A stretch of 64,000 bases of DNA from a bacterium (GTDB lineage Bacteria > Patescibacteriota > Minisyncoccia > 2-02-FULL-40-12 > IGHO2-01-FULL-4-A), in the NCBI GenBank assembly GCA_030698885.1, contig JAUYLN010000020.1, positions 7,346-71,345 on the forward strand. The letters run 5' to 3'. Under the pieces are notes generated by a model. That model was not told the DNA's origin. It did no database searches and saw only the letters and a list, made by a program, of their open reading frames with translations. The translations under genes and the position numbers were made by a program. Position 1 is the stretch's first letter, and each line of letters starts with the position of its first letter. Below are positions 56,519 through 64,000 of this stretch, in pieces.

Positions 56519-58171
56519 ATGAATACAAAAATAAAAAACAATCAGAGGGGGTTCATCCCGCACCTTTCTGGCAATTGCCTTCGGCATAACAGGCCTCTTT
56601 GCGGCGTTTGCCAAAAAGGTGCGGGATTCAGCACTATTGAGATAGTGCTGGCTTTTGCGATAATCATTGTCGTGCTGTCGGCTATAATTTTAGTTGTGTT
56701 CGGCAATCAGACTGTTGCCGTGGATAATGAGATAAATAACGAGGCATTGTACAAAGCGAAAGAAATTGTTGAGACGGCCCGTGCTGATGCCAAGGAGGAT
56801 TTTTATGGTTTAGCCGGGAGTACCTCTCTTGATGATATTTACACAAAAGTTCTAGGTATATCTGATATTAATCTTTGCAAAAAAAGCATTACCGGAACGG
56901 TTTCATGGCAGACTGAACCTGACAGGCCTCTTGAAATATCTATCAACAGCGAAGTCTCAAGTATTTTTGACGCCCTTGCCCTGGGTGGCGACTGCGGTTC
57001 TGATACCCCCCCGATAAGCGAGTGGTGGTTTCCGAGGACATTTAAGGATTATGACCTAAAGACAATAGAGCCTCCGGCAGAACAGTCGGGGAATGCTGGT
57101 GTTCCGGCAACAAGTATTGATGTCGTTAAGCAGGGGGGCAGTAAATACGCAGTCTTAAGTACCGCACATAATTCAGAAAATGATATCTGGATAATTAATG
57201 TTGACGATAGTTTAAATGCATTTATAGTGAGTTCGCTTGAAACAGAAAGCGTTGGTCTTAATACTGCGGATGTGGCAGGAGGCCTTGCTTATGCCTTAAG
57301 CGTAGGTTCACCCACGACACAACCTTCCGAATTACAAATTATAGATATAAGTACAGTTAGCGCGCCCGCACTCTTGGCTACCAAGTCTTTGGATATTTTC
57401 GGTGCAGATGCCGAGAATTCACCGAATGCAAATACTATTTATTACTTTGACGAAAAAATATATGTCGGTACGCATAAAACAGGAGGCAAAGAATTTCAGA
57501 TTTTTAGTGGTGTTGCACCATATGAGAAGGTTGCAGAGCTAGAGATAAACCACAACATTAATGACATAGTTGTCAGGGGTGATTATGCCTATTTGGCTAC
57601 ATCGGATGATGGCTATGCAATAAATGGTGGGGCAGGTGAGCTTATGGTTGTTAACATAAATCCGTTAAGCCCAGAAGAATATATGGTTCACCCTGATGTA
57701 ACTGGCATGTGGTACGATGCCACCAAGGGTTTTGACGCTATAAGTCTTTATTTGCTAGGCAATAAGATTTATTTAGGCAGGCAGGGCGGTAATTATGTTA
57801 AAACAGAAGCGTTCAATTTTATGATATTAGACATAACTGACCCGCATGCAATCACGGAGCTTGGTTCAAAATTTATTCCTACTAACGAATCACCAAATAA
57901 GGCCGCGGGGATTAAGGATTTTCAAATAGTGAGCGATTTTGCATTTATTGCAACAGATGTAGATAACTTGGACTTTCAGGTTTATAGAGTAAGCGATCCA
58001 ACTAATATTCTAAATTGCAGTGAGCTGACTCCTCCTCCTGCGTCTAACTGTGGTAAATATGATTTTCCGGCAAAAATGGTAGATCTCGAATTTAGCGATA
58101 ACCTCATTTATGCAGCCATTGAAAGTAATGCAACTTTCAGGATAATTTTTGATGATATAACCAAGTATTAA
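56519..58171 (+). CDS. Large (550-aa) pilin-like protein, a putative tip or minor pilin. It has an unusually long leader containing two G|F junctions and an in-frame 13-bp-stem hairpin.
   Basis: MNTKIKNNQRG-FIPHL...QKGAG|FSTIEIVLAF: the second junction has E5 and a hydrophobic helix. The C-terminal ~450 aa form a globular domain. Confidence 0.6.
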   Translation: MNTKIKNNQRGFIPHLSGNCLRHNRPLCGVCQKGAGFSTIEIVLAFAIIIVVLSAIILVVFGNQTVAVDNEINNEALYKAKEIVETARADAKEDFYGLAGSTSLDDIYTKVLGISDINLCKKSITGTVSWQTEPDRPLEISINSEVSSIFDALALGGDCGSDTPPISEWWFPRTFKDYDLKTIEPPAEQSGNAGVPATSIDVVKQGGSKYAVLSTAHNSENDIWIINVDDSLNAFIVSSLETESVGLNTADVAGGLAYALSVGSPTTQPSELQIIDISTVSAPALLATKSLDIFGADAENSPNANTIYYFDEKIYVGTHKTGGKEFQIFSGVAPYEKVAELEINHNINDIVVRGDYAYLATSDDGYAINGGAGELMVVNINPLSPEEYMVHPDVTGMWYDATKGFDAISLYLLGNKIYLGRQGGNYVKTEAFNFMILDITDPHAITELGSKFIPTNESPNKAAGIKDFQIVSDFAFIATDVDNLDFQVYRVSDPTNILNCSELTPPPASNCGKYDFPAKMVDLEFSDNLIYAAIESNATFRIIFDDITKY

Positions 58172-58194
58172 GGGATAAGTAGTAAGTATTAAGC
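58163..58194 (+). repeat. Pilin-associated repeat (CAAGTATTAAGGGATAAGTAGTAAGTATTAAGC)
   Basis: Immediately upstream of the pilin ATG at 58195. Confidence 0.8.
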
Positions 58195-58665
58195 ATGAAT
58201 ACAAAAAGAAAAAACAATCAGAGGGGATTCACTTTGGTGGAGGTGCTCATCTACACGGTTTTAATTATGTTTATACTTGGCGGAATGCTTTTGGCCGTCT
58301 ATAACATTGTTGAAGGAAGTACGGCCCTTGGCCAGGATGTGATTATTCAAGAAGAGGCAAATTTTCTGCTTCGTAAAATTGAGTGGGCATTGAGCGGGGC
58401 CAGCGATATCAATACTCCGAATTCAGGAAATAGCGGGAATGTGCTTTCGGTTGATAAAGATTTAAACACCATACAGTTTAATCTTGATTCAGGTAATTTA
58501 AGGATTGATAAGGGGAGCGGTCCGATAATACTAAACAGCGAGTATGTTACGGTTTCCAGTTTGAGCTTTGAGCATATTCCCGCAAGCGGAACCGGTCCAG
58601 CAGCGGTTCGTGCCGAATTTTATGTTGACGATAAATACTTCAATTTAACGAAGTACCTTCGTTAA
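58195..58665 (+). CDS. Type IV prepilin/pseudopilin (MNTKRKNNQRG|FTLVE)
   Basis: Class III signal with E5 and a hydrophobic N-terminal helix. Confidence 0.7.
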   Translation: MNTKRKNNQRGFTLVEVLIYTVLIMFILGGMLLAVYNIVEGSTALGQDVIIQEEANFLLRKIEWALSGASDINTPNSGNSGNVLSVDKDLNTIQFNLDSGNLRIDKGSGPIILNSEYVTVSSLSFEHIPASGTGPAAVRAEFYVDDKYFNLTKYLR

Positions 58666-58695
58666 GTATTAAGGGATAAGTAGCAAGTATTAAGC
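58664..58695 (+). repeat. Pilin-associated repeat (TAAGTATTAAGGGATAAGTAGCAAGTATTAAGC)
   Basis: Overlaps the stop of pilin 3 and ends at the ATG of pilin 4. Confidence 0.8.
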
Positions 58696-59100
58696 ATGAA
58701 TACAAAAATAAAAAACAATCAGGAGGGATTTATCGCGCTGGTGTCAGCAATCGTAATATCTCTTGTATTGATGGCGATAGTTTTCTCCCTAAGTTTTAGG
58801 GGATTTTTCGGGCGCTTCAATCTTCTGGACAGCGAATTTAAAGAAAGAAGCATCGCTGTCGCTGAAGCTTGCGGTGACAATGCATTGCTTCGCTTGGCCC
58901 AAGATATAAACTATGCAGGCAGTGAGAGCTTTGATATAGGAGATGATACTTGTAAAGTTTTGCCGATAAATAATATATTAAGTCCCAGGGTTATCTATGC
59001 TACGGCTAATGTATATTCAGCTGTTACAAATCTGAAGATAACGGTTGATGAAGCCACTCTCTCCGTCAGCTCTTGGCAAGAAATTCCGAAACGGCCCTAG
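58696..59100 (+). CDS. Minor pilin-like protein lacking Glu5 (MNTKIKNNQEG|FIALVS)
   Basis: Same conserved leader, but the mature +5 residue is Val rather than Glu; it could be a GspK/PilX-like minor pilin. Confidence 0.55.
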   Translation: MNTKIKNNQEGFIALVSAIVISLVLMAIVFSLSFRGFFGRFNLLDSEFKERSIAVAEACGDNALLRLAQDINYAGSESFDIGDDTCKVLPINNILSPRVIYATANVYSAVTNLKITVDEATLSVSSWQEIPKRP

Positions 59101-59191
59101 TTGACAATTAGGCATATTTTCTGTTATTATCACAACAGGTTTAAAGACCTCGTTTTTTTATAATAAAAAGAGAGAAAAGGAGTGAAAAATA

Positions 59192-60865
59192 ATGGTGAAA
59201 ACAATTTTAAGAAGCACCGCTCTTGCGCTTTTGTTCTCTGCTTTGGTTTTTTCGCAAAACTTTCCAAAGCCGGTCGGATATGTAAACGATTTTGCTGACA
59301 TTTTGCCTGCCGAGATTGAGACTCAACTTTCGGCAAAATTAAGCGACTATCAGCAAAAAACCTCCATAGAAATTGCTGTAGTTACCGTTCAGTCCCTGGA
59401 AGGCTATGAAGTTGATGATTATACCAACCGTTTGGCTAATGCATGGGGTGTTGGCGATAGGGCTAAAGATAACGGAATTGTTTTTCTCATAGCGCCCAAT
59501 GACAGAGATGTCAGAATTGAAGTCGGCTATGGCCTTGAGCCTGATTTGACGGATGGCGCATCCGGAAATATTCTTGACCAGTTCGTTGTCCCGTATTTTC
59601 GGGATAACAATATGGCCGGTGGAGTTGTGGCCGGAGTAGACGGCATTATTGCTCACCTTGGAGATACGCCTATTCAGGCACGCCTTGAAGAAAGAAAAAT
59701 AGCCGAAGAAAAAAATCGGTTGGCCCGTGAAGAAGCCAGTAGGAATTTCAAAAATATCATGACGATATTTGGTATTTTTCTGGCTATAGCCACACCCATT
59801 TTTGGCCTTTTGTGGTTAGGGATTAGGTATGCCAGGCGGGTAAAGTATTTAAAAAAGGTTGACCTGGAAAATAAAGCGAAACTAAAAGTGTTCAGCTCAC
59901 GGCTTAGTAGCGGGAATTCAAATTTTAGAGAAGCAATGGAATTATTAAAGGAGCTTAAGTCAGTCAGTCCGGAGACAGTTTGGTCCAATCTTAATAAAAG
60001 AGTAGAAAGCTTTGACGATGATTATGTCGTAGCCGATGAGGATCTTAACAGAATGGGGCTCGGTATAGTTGTCATAGCGGCTAGAGGGTGGAAGGCTTCT
60101 GAATTAGTGTCGGCCAGACTAGAAGAAATCGAGCCGAAAGTAGATAATATTTATTCCTTAAAGTCCGACATTGAGACAAAAATAAAAGAAGTTACAAGAG
60201 CAAAAAAGAAAAGTATGGAAATTCTAAAAACTTTGCCGGCTGCGTATATGGTAGCCAGCGAAAACTCTTTACATGATGATGTAACTACGGAAACCAAGAA
60301 TAGGCTAGAGGAGGTATCCTTAAAGCTTAAAGAAGCTTCGAGGGTGGCCACAGGTGTGGGTAATGAAAATAAGGTGGTTAATATAGAGGAGAGAAATCCG
60401 GATTGGATAAGTATTCTGGCGATTCTTGTCGGGATTGCGCTGTCCCTGAAGAGTATTAATAGTCAAATAACTACCGATAAAGAAAATGCCAATAAGGCCA
60501 GGACTGAAGGCCCGAAGCTTCTAAAAGAATTGCCCGAGCTTATCGCTTCTGTGGCGGAAAAAGTTTCCGGTTCGGATGTAGGTCAGGAAGCCAAAGATTT
60601 ACTGGGTAATGCCAGGAAGCAGTTTAAAAAAGCGGAAGAATCATTAAATCTGGGCTGGCTCGTTGTGTTTCCTTTTTTGGCCTCCGCTTCTTCCTTGCTG
60701 TCACAGGCAGAAGAAAAAGCTAAAAAAGATAACAAAAAAGCATATGACAGGCGCAATCCGAAGCTTTCCAGTGGCCCTACTTACCGACCTCCTAGCGGTG
60801 GAAGTGGATTTGGTGGTTTTAGCGGGGGTAGTTTTGGAGGTGCAGGGGCCAGTCGGAAGTGGTAG
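59192..60865 (+). CDS. TPM-domain (TLP18.3/Psb32/MOLO-1 phosphatase-like) membrane protein with a long coiled C-terminal region and a Gly-rich tail
   Basis: Signal peptide, then ...GYVNDFADILPAEIETQLSAKL...VVTVQSLEG...IEVGYGLE..., the TPM domain, followed by a TM segment. Confidence 0.65.
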   Translation: MVKTILRSTALALLFSALVFSQNFPKPVGYVNDFADILPAEIETQLSAKLSDYQQKTSIEIAVVTVQSLEGYEVDDYTNRLANAWGVGDRAKDNGIVFLIAPNDRDVRIEVGYGLEPDLTDGASGNILDQFVVPYFRDNNMAGGVVAGVDGIIAHLGDTPIQARLEERKIAEEKNRLAREEASRNFKNIMTIFGIFLAIATPIFGLLWLGIRYARRVKYLKKVDLENKAKLKVFSSRLSSGNSNFREAMELLKELKSVSPETVWSNLNKRVESFDDDYVVADEDLNRMGLGIVVIAARGWKASELVSARLEEIEPKVDNIYSLKSDIETKIKEVTRAKKKSMEILKTLPAAYMVASENSLHDDVTTETKNRLEEVSLKLKEASRVATGVGNENKVVNIEERNPDWISILAILVGIALSLKSINSQITTDKENANKARTEGPKLLKELPELIASVAEKVSGSDVGQEAKDLLGNARKQFKKAEESLNLGWLVVFPFLASASSLLSQAEEKAKKDNKKAYDRRNPKLSSGPTYRPPSGGSGFGGFSGGSFGGAGASRKW

Positions 60866-60980
60866 ATTAATGGGGAGGGAGCTCATATTGGGCTTTGACC
60901 ATTCGGTTTTAAAAACAATGGCGGTAGAAATACCGCCTTTTTATTTTGACTTTACGTGATTTATTTGTTATAATTAATTT

Positions 60981-61424
60981 GCTTTGGTGTGTTGGGTGGC
61001 TACTGTGGAGAGGCCCGCCTATGCCCTTTGGGCTTAGGCGAGGCGCTTCGCAGAGGAAAGTCCGGACACCATGCCGCCTCTTTTGGCGGCAAACGGTAGC
61101 AGGTAACGCCTGTCGCGGGTAACCGCCGAGATGCGAACAGTGACGCTTTAATCCGAAAGGATTAAGCATCCTGCTTTGGCAGGATGAATCCAGTTATAAA
61201 TTATTGTCATCTATCTTATCCCTAAAGGATGAGCAGTTGGCTTAAGACTGGAGTGAAACGGCTAAATTCTTACTGGGGTGCAAGGCCGAGCCTGGCTATT
61301 TTAAAAATAGTCGGGAGTGCCGCTATTGCCCTGAGTTTATCGAAGGGCTTGAGGCTGTCAGCGATGTCAGTCCCAGATAAATTGCCACACAAATACAGGA
61401 TCCGGCTTACAGACACACCAAAGC
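60981..61424 (+). ncRNA. rnpB: RNase P RNA (bacterial type)
   Basis: P1 pairing GCTTTGGTGTG...CACACCAAAGC; P4 GAGGAAAGTCCGGAC...; GCAGGTAACGCCTG; GAGTGAAACGGC...; 3' ACAGGATCCGGCTTACAG. Confidence 0.7.
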
Positions 61425-61534
61425 AAATCAAAATCCGTCTTATGGCGGATTTTGATTTGCTTTGTCAATATTACTAACATTGTATTCGGAGTTATTATTT
61501 ATCCAGTCAGAACCTTAACAAGGAGAATCATAGT

Positions 61535-62630
61535 GAGAGTTCTAATAGTTGGTACAGGAACTATCGCTAAGCCTTTAATAAGACTTTGTCTTATTAAAAG
61601 AAAGAAGTTGGGCATAACCGAACTTATTTTTAACAAGCATCAGCCTTTGCTTGAATCGCGGGGAACATTGAAAGATTTTCATGATATGGGAGCTAAGCTA
61701 TCTGTTTTCCCGGAAAAAATGGCGGAGTTTAGAGATATGCTTTTCGGTTATGGCTTTGGTCCTGATTATACTTTTAGTGAAGCCATTGATATCGCAGATG
61801 TCGTAATAGACTGCACCGATAAGGGCATTGCCAGAAAATTAAAGGAGGAATATTATTTCAAGCAAAAAGGTGGAAAACTGTTTATTGCTCAAGGTTCGGA
61901 AAAGGGCTTCGGTATTCCTTATGCCTTTGATATTAATGATGCAGTTTTAATGGAAGATGAGCCAAAGTATCTGCAAATCGTCAGCTGTAATACCCATCAA
62001 GTTCTGTGCCTGCTTAAGACTTTGGCCTTTGATCCGGAGAATGCCGGTCCCTGGAATTTTGATAATTTAGTCAGAGCGCGTTTTGACATTACAAGAAGGG
62101 CGGCCGATATTTCTCAGGAAGATTCAACGATTGGGATTAGGGTGGGCGAACCAAGTGACCTAGTTTTCGGAACCCATCAAGGCAAAGACGCTCATGATGT
62201 TTTAAACACGTTGACCGAAAAAACATTTGACATTCATACAACAGCCGATATATCAAATAATTGTTTTACACACGTTGTTAATTTTAGGGTTACTCTAAAA
62301 GAAAAAGTAAGCCGTGATGAAATTGAAAGAAGGTTCAGGATAAATCCTCTTACTGCCATTACGTATCTGATGGATAATAACAGGGTATTTTCTGAGGGCA
62401 GAGACAGGGGATTTTCCGGCCGGATATTGAACCAGACCGTTGTTTGTTTGCCTTCTCTTGAGGTAAGGGAGGATGGTCATAAAGTTATCGGTAGGTGCTT
62501 TACGCCACAAGATGGCAATCCTCTTTTATCATCTGTTGCTGCCTTGCTTTGGTCCCAGGAGCCGTTCAATTATAGGCAGAAGCTTAAAAATATATTTTTT
62601 AAACGGCCGTTTCTTTTTGACGAGGTGTGA
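61535..62630 (+). CDS. Glyceraldehyde-3-phosphate dehydrogenase, type II (archaeal-type), tentative
   Basis: GTG start 7 nt after AAGGAG; Rossmann motif VLIVGTGTIAKP; active site IVSCNTHQV (SCNT, as in archaeal GAPDH). The track ORF start at 61452 would overlap rnpB. Confidence 0.45.
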
Positions 62631-62631
62631 T

Positions 62632-63450
62632 ATGCACATAGGCGGAGACATCGTAAGAGAAGATATAAAAAATGGCGGTTCGGGAGGCGATGCTGAGGTT
62701 ATCGTCCAGGTCAGGAATTTTTTTCCGGGCATAGGTGGATGCATCAAAACAAAACAGACTACATATGTTGCCTTAAGAAAAGAGCAAAAATCAGGACGTG
62801 TGACCGGTTCCGGGCATAAAACATTTTTACGCCACCTGCTTATTAAAAAACTGGATGACTTTTTCTGTCGAAACCGTGTTTATTTAGGCCCGCACGTTAC
62901 CCGCCCCTTCGGTTCAGCTTCTATTTCCGATACAGGCCGGAATGCGGAAAAAATTGAAGCGTCTATTTATGAATGGGTTTGGGGCCAGGATAGTTTCCCG
63001 TGGAGAATACAGGACAGCAAGGGCAACTCATTTCCCGTGGTACTAAAGGAATGGGATTTATTCAAGTCCGTTTTTTCCGGCATTGGTATTATTCTGGATG
63101 ATGATATTGTTAACGTAGATAACGGCAATATCTCACAGAATATTGTCCATCAGCTTTGTTCTTTTAATGACATAAATTCAGGTGAGCTTAACTTATGTTG
63201 GCACAGGATAGACTTTGGTGCTGATTCTCTGTTTATTGATTATGATAAGCTTGGCGGGTTTTTTAAAAAAGAATCCGATAAATTGAAAAATTTGCTGGGC
63301 ATACATCGCTATGAACTTATTTGGCTGGCATATAGAACCTTATCTCCGGATATCATAGTGAGTGAAAGGGAGGCGGGGAGGCTCGAGATGCTGGTCCGCG
63401 AATTCCGTAAATCTTCTCTCCGCCATCTTGATGCAGAGATTGTATTATAA
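62632..63450 (+). CDS. Hypothetical protein (272 aa)
   Basis: The ATG lies 2 nt after the GAPDH stop; the upstream part of the track ORF (62473) overlaps the GAPDH gene. Confidence 0.35.
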   Translation: MHIGGDIVREDIKNGGSGGDAEVIVQVRNFFPGIGGCIKTKQTTYVALRKEQKSGRVTGSGHKTFLRHLLIKKLDDFFCRNRVYLGPHVTRPFGSASISDTGRNAEKIEASIYEWVWGQDSFPWRIQDSKGNSFPVVLKEWDLFKSVFSGIGIILDDDIVNVDNGNISQNIVHQLCSFNDINSGELNLCWHRIDFGADSLFIDYDKLGGFFKKESDKLKNLLGIHRYELIWLAYRTLSPDIIVSEREAGRLEMLVREFRKSSLRHLDAEIVL

Positions 63451-63454
63451 AAAT

Positions 63455-63486
63455 CAAAAACCACGAATCAGGCGTGGTTTTTTTGT
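63455..63486. terminator. Bidirectional terminator hairpin (aaaaaccacg-aatcag-gcgtggttttttt) between convergent genes
   Basis: Stem with A-run upstream and T-run downstream. Confidence 0.6.
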
Positions 63487-63491
63487 TTGTT

Positions 63492-64000
63492 CTAAAATGC
63501 CACTCCGATGAATGAGTGGCCGGCCATGATGTAGTATAATAGCCGGGCGATTGGCGGTACTACCATTATCGCGACGAGAAGTGCAAAAAAAGTTCCGAAC
63601 ATTGAGAACTGCATCATCATGAAGCGGCTTCGCGGGAAAAAGTCCATCAATAATTTAGAGCCGTCCAACGGCGGTATCGGTATTAAATTAAATAATGCTA
63701 AAAATATATTTATGTACACTACCCAGCTGATAGCGATATAAAACGGTCCGGCAACCGGAATAAAACGGATAAGAATACCGAACATGATGGCGATTATGAA
63801 GTTAGCGGCCGGGCCGGCAAAGCCAACCTTAGCTGAACCATATTTTTTGTCACTCAAAAGTAATGGGTTATAGGGAACCGGTTTGGCCCAGCCGATAAAT
63901 GCACCCAATTTACCAGCAAATAAATATGGTCCAAACAGCAAAAGAAGCGGTATTATAACCGTTCCCCATTTGTCTATGTGTTTGAGCGGATTCAGGGTGA
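63492..64000 (-). CDS. Site-2 protease (M50 family) membrane metalloprotease, partial (5' end lies beyond the window)
   Basis: ...NLIPIPPLDGSKL... matches the M50 LDG motif region within a multi-TM protein. The ORF is open to the window edge. Confidence 0.6.
   Translation of the reverse strand, partial: TLNPLKHIDKWGTVIIPLLLLFGPYLFAGKLGAFIGWAKPVPYNPLLLSDKKYGSAKVGFAGPAANFIIAIMFGILIRFIPVAGPFYIAISWVVYINIFLALFNLIPIPPLDGSKLLMDFFPRSRFMMMQFSMFGTFFALLVAIMVVPPIARLLYYIMAGHSFIGVAF

Noticed and set aside
54428-58695. CRISPR array (regularly recurring ~33-bp repeat)
   Set aside because: Spacing is 0.4-1.7 kb and the 'spacers' are complete protein-coding genes (pilins, pilC). The repeat always abuts an ATG. 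This is not a CRISPR.
61229-61477. Track ORF (82 aa, +) inside the region 60981-61424
   Set aside because: It overlaps the RNase P RNA (P4 GAGGAAAGTCCGGAC, 3' ACAGGATCCGGCTTACAG). It has no RBS and is most likely spurious.
1213-64000. Alternative genetic code (UGA=Gly, code 25, as in some CPR)
   Set aside because: Several well-conserved genes end at TGA at the expected C-terminus (for example the GAPDH-like gene at 62628-62630, and the tpiA/pgk and 36316 ATGA overlaps). No conserved protein requires read-through, so the standard code 11 is assumed.

Overview
This is a 64-kb window from an AT-rich, compact bacterial genome that uses the standard genetic code: TGA/TAA/TAG all terminate otherwise full-length, recognisable proteins. 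Several traits together suggest a Candidate-Phyla-Radiation/Patescibacteria-like organism (inference): L30 is missing between rpsE and rplO; S5, L23, S19 and L22 carry extensions; L24 carries a Cys4 zinc ribbon; ThrRS lacks the N-terminal editing domains; a type-II (archaeal-type) GAPDH is present; and the pilus genes form a compact module. Gene order: thrS(partial, -), dnaE(-); a small membrane-protein/SPFH operon; tuf-rpsJ-rplC-rplD-rplW-rplB-rpsS-rplV-rpsC-rplP-rpmC-rpsQ-rplN-rplX-rplE-rpsZ-rpsH-rplF-rplR-rpsE-rplO-secY-adk-map; a cell-envelope cluster (DHH phosphoesterase, WbaP-like sugar transferase, GT4, DUF4012-like protein, murJ); lepA; ftsB-like; tRNA-Gly(CCC); two small minus-strand ORFs; tRNA-Thr(CGT); rfbB-rfbA-like; rpsL-rpsG-fusA; GT2, galT-like, tpiA-pgk, rnhA, DoxX; sortase plus two large secreted repeat proteins; a type-IV-pilus module (pilB/GspE ATPase, a four-helix-bundle protein, pilC, four prepilin genes); a TPM-domain protein; RNase P RNA; a type-II GAPDH; a hypothetical protein; and a partial M50 protease(-). 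The dominant unexplained signal is repeats. (1) At least 18 copies of a 60-115 bp nested-palindrome element sit in almost every intergenic gap of the ribosomal-protein super-operon and in a few other gaps, running from the stop codon to 2-10 nt before the next ATG. No Shine-Dalgarno sequence is present at those starts. (2) A ~34-bp repeat plus a conserved first ~20 nt of coding sequence sits in front of every pilin gene and the inserted four-helix-bundle gene, with inverted or variant copies around the sortase/surface-protein genes. (3) Two antisense promoter-SD-small-hydrophobic-ORF-hairpin cassettes with conserved ends are inserted inside the r-protein operon. (4) There are GC-rich palindromic islands (CCTGCCTGCCGGCAGGCAGG), a MITE-like unit with ~60-bp terminal inverted repeats, and short tandem-repeat blocks just upstream of several genes.
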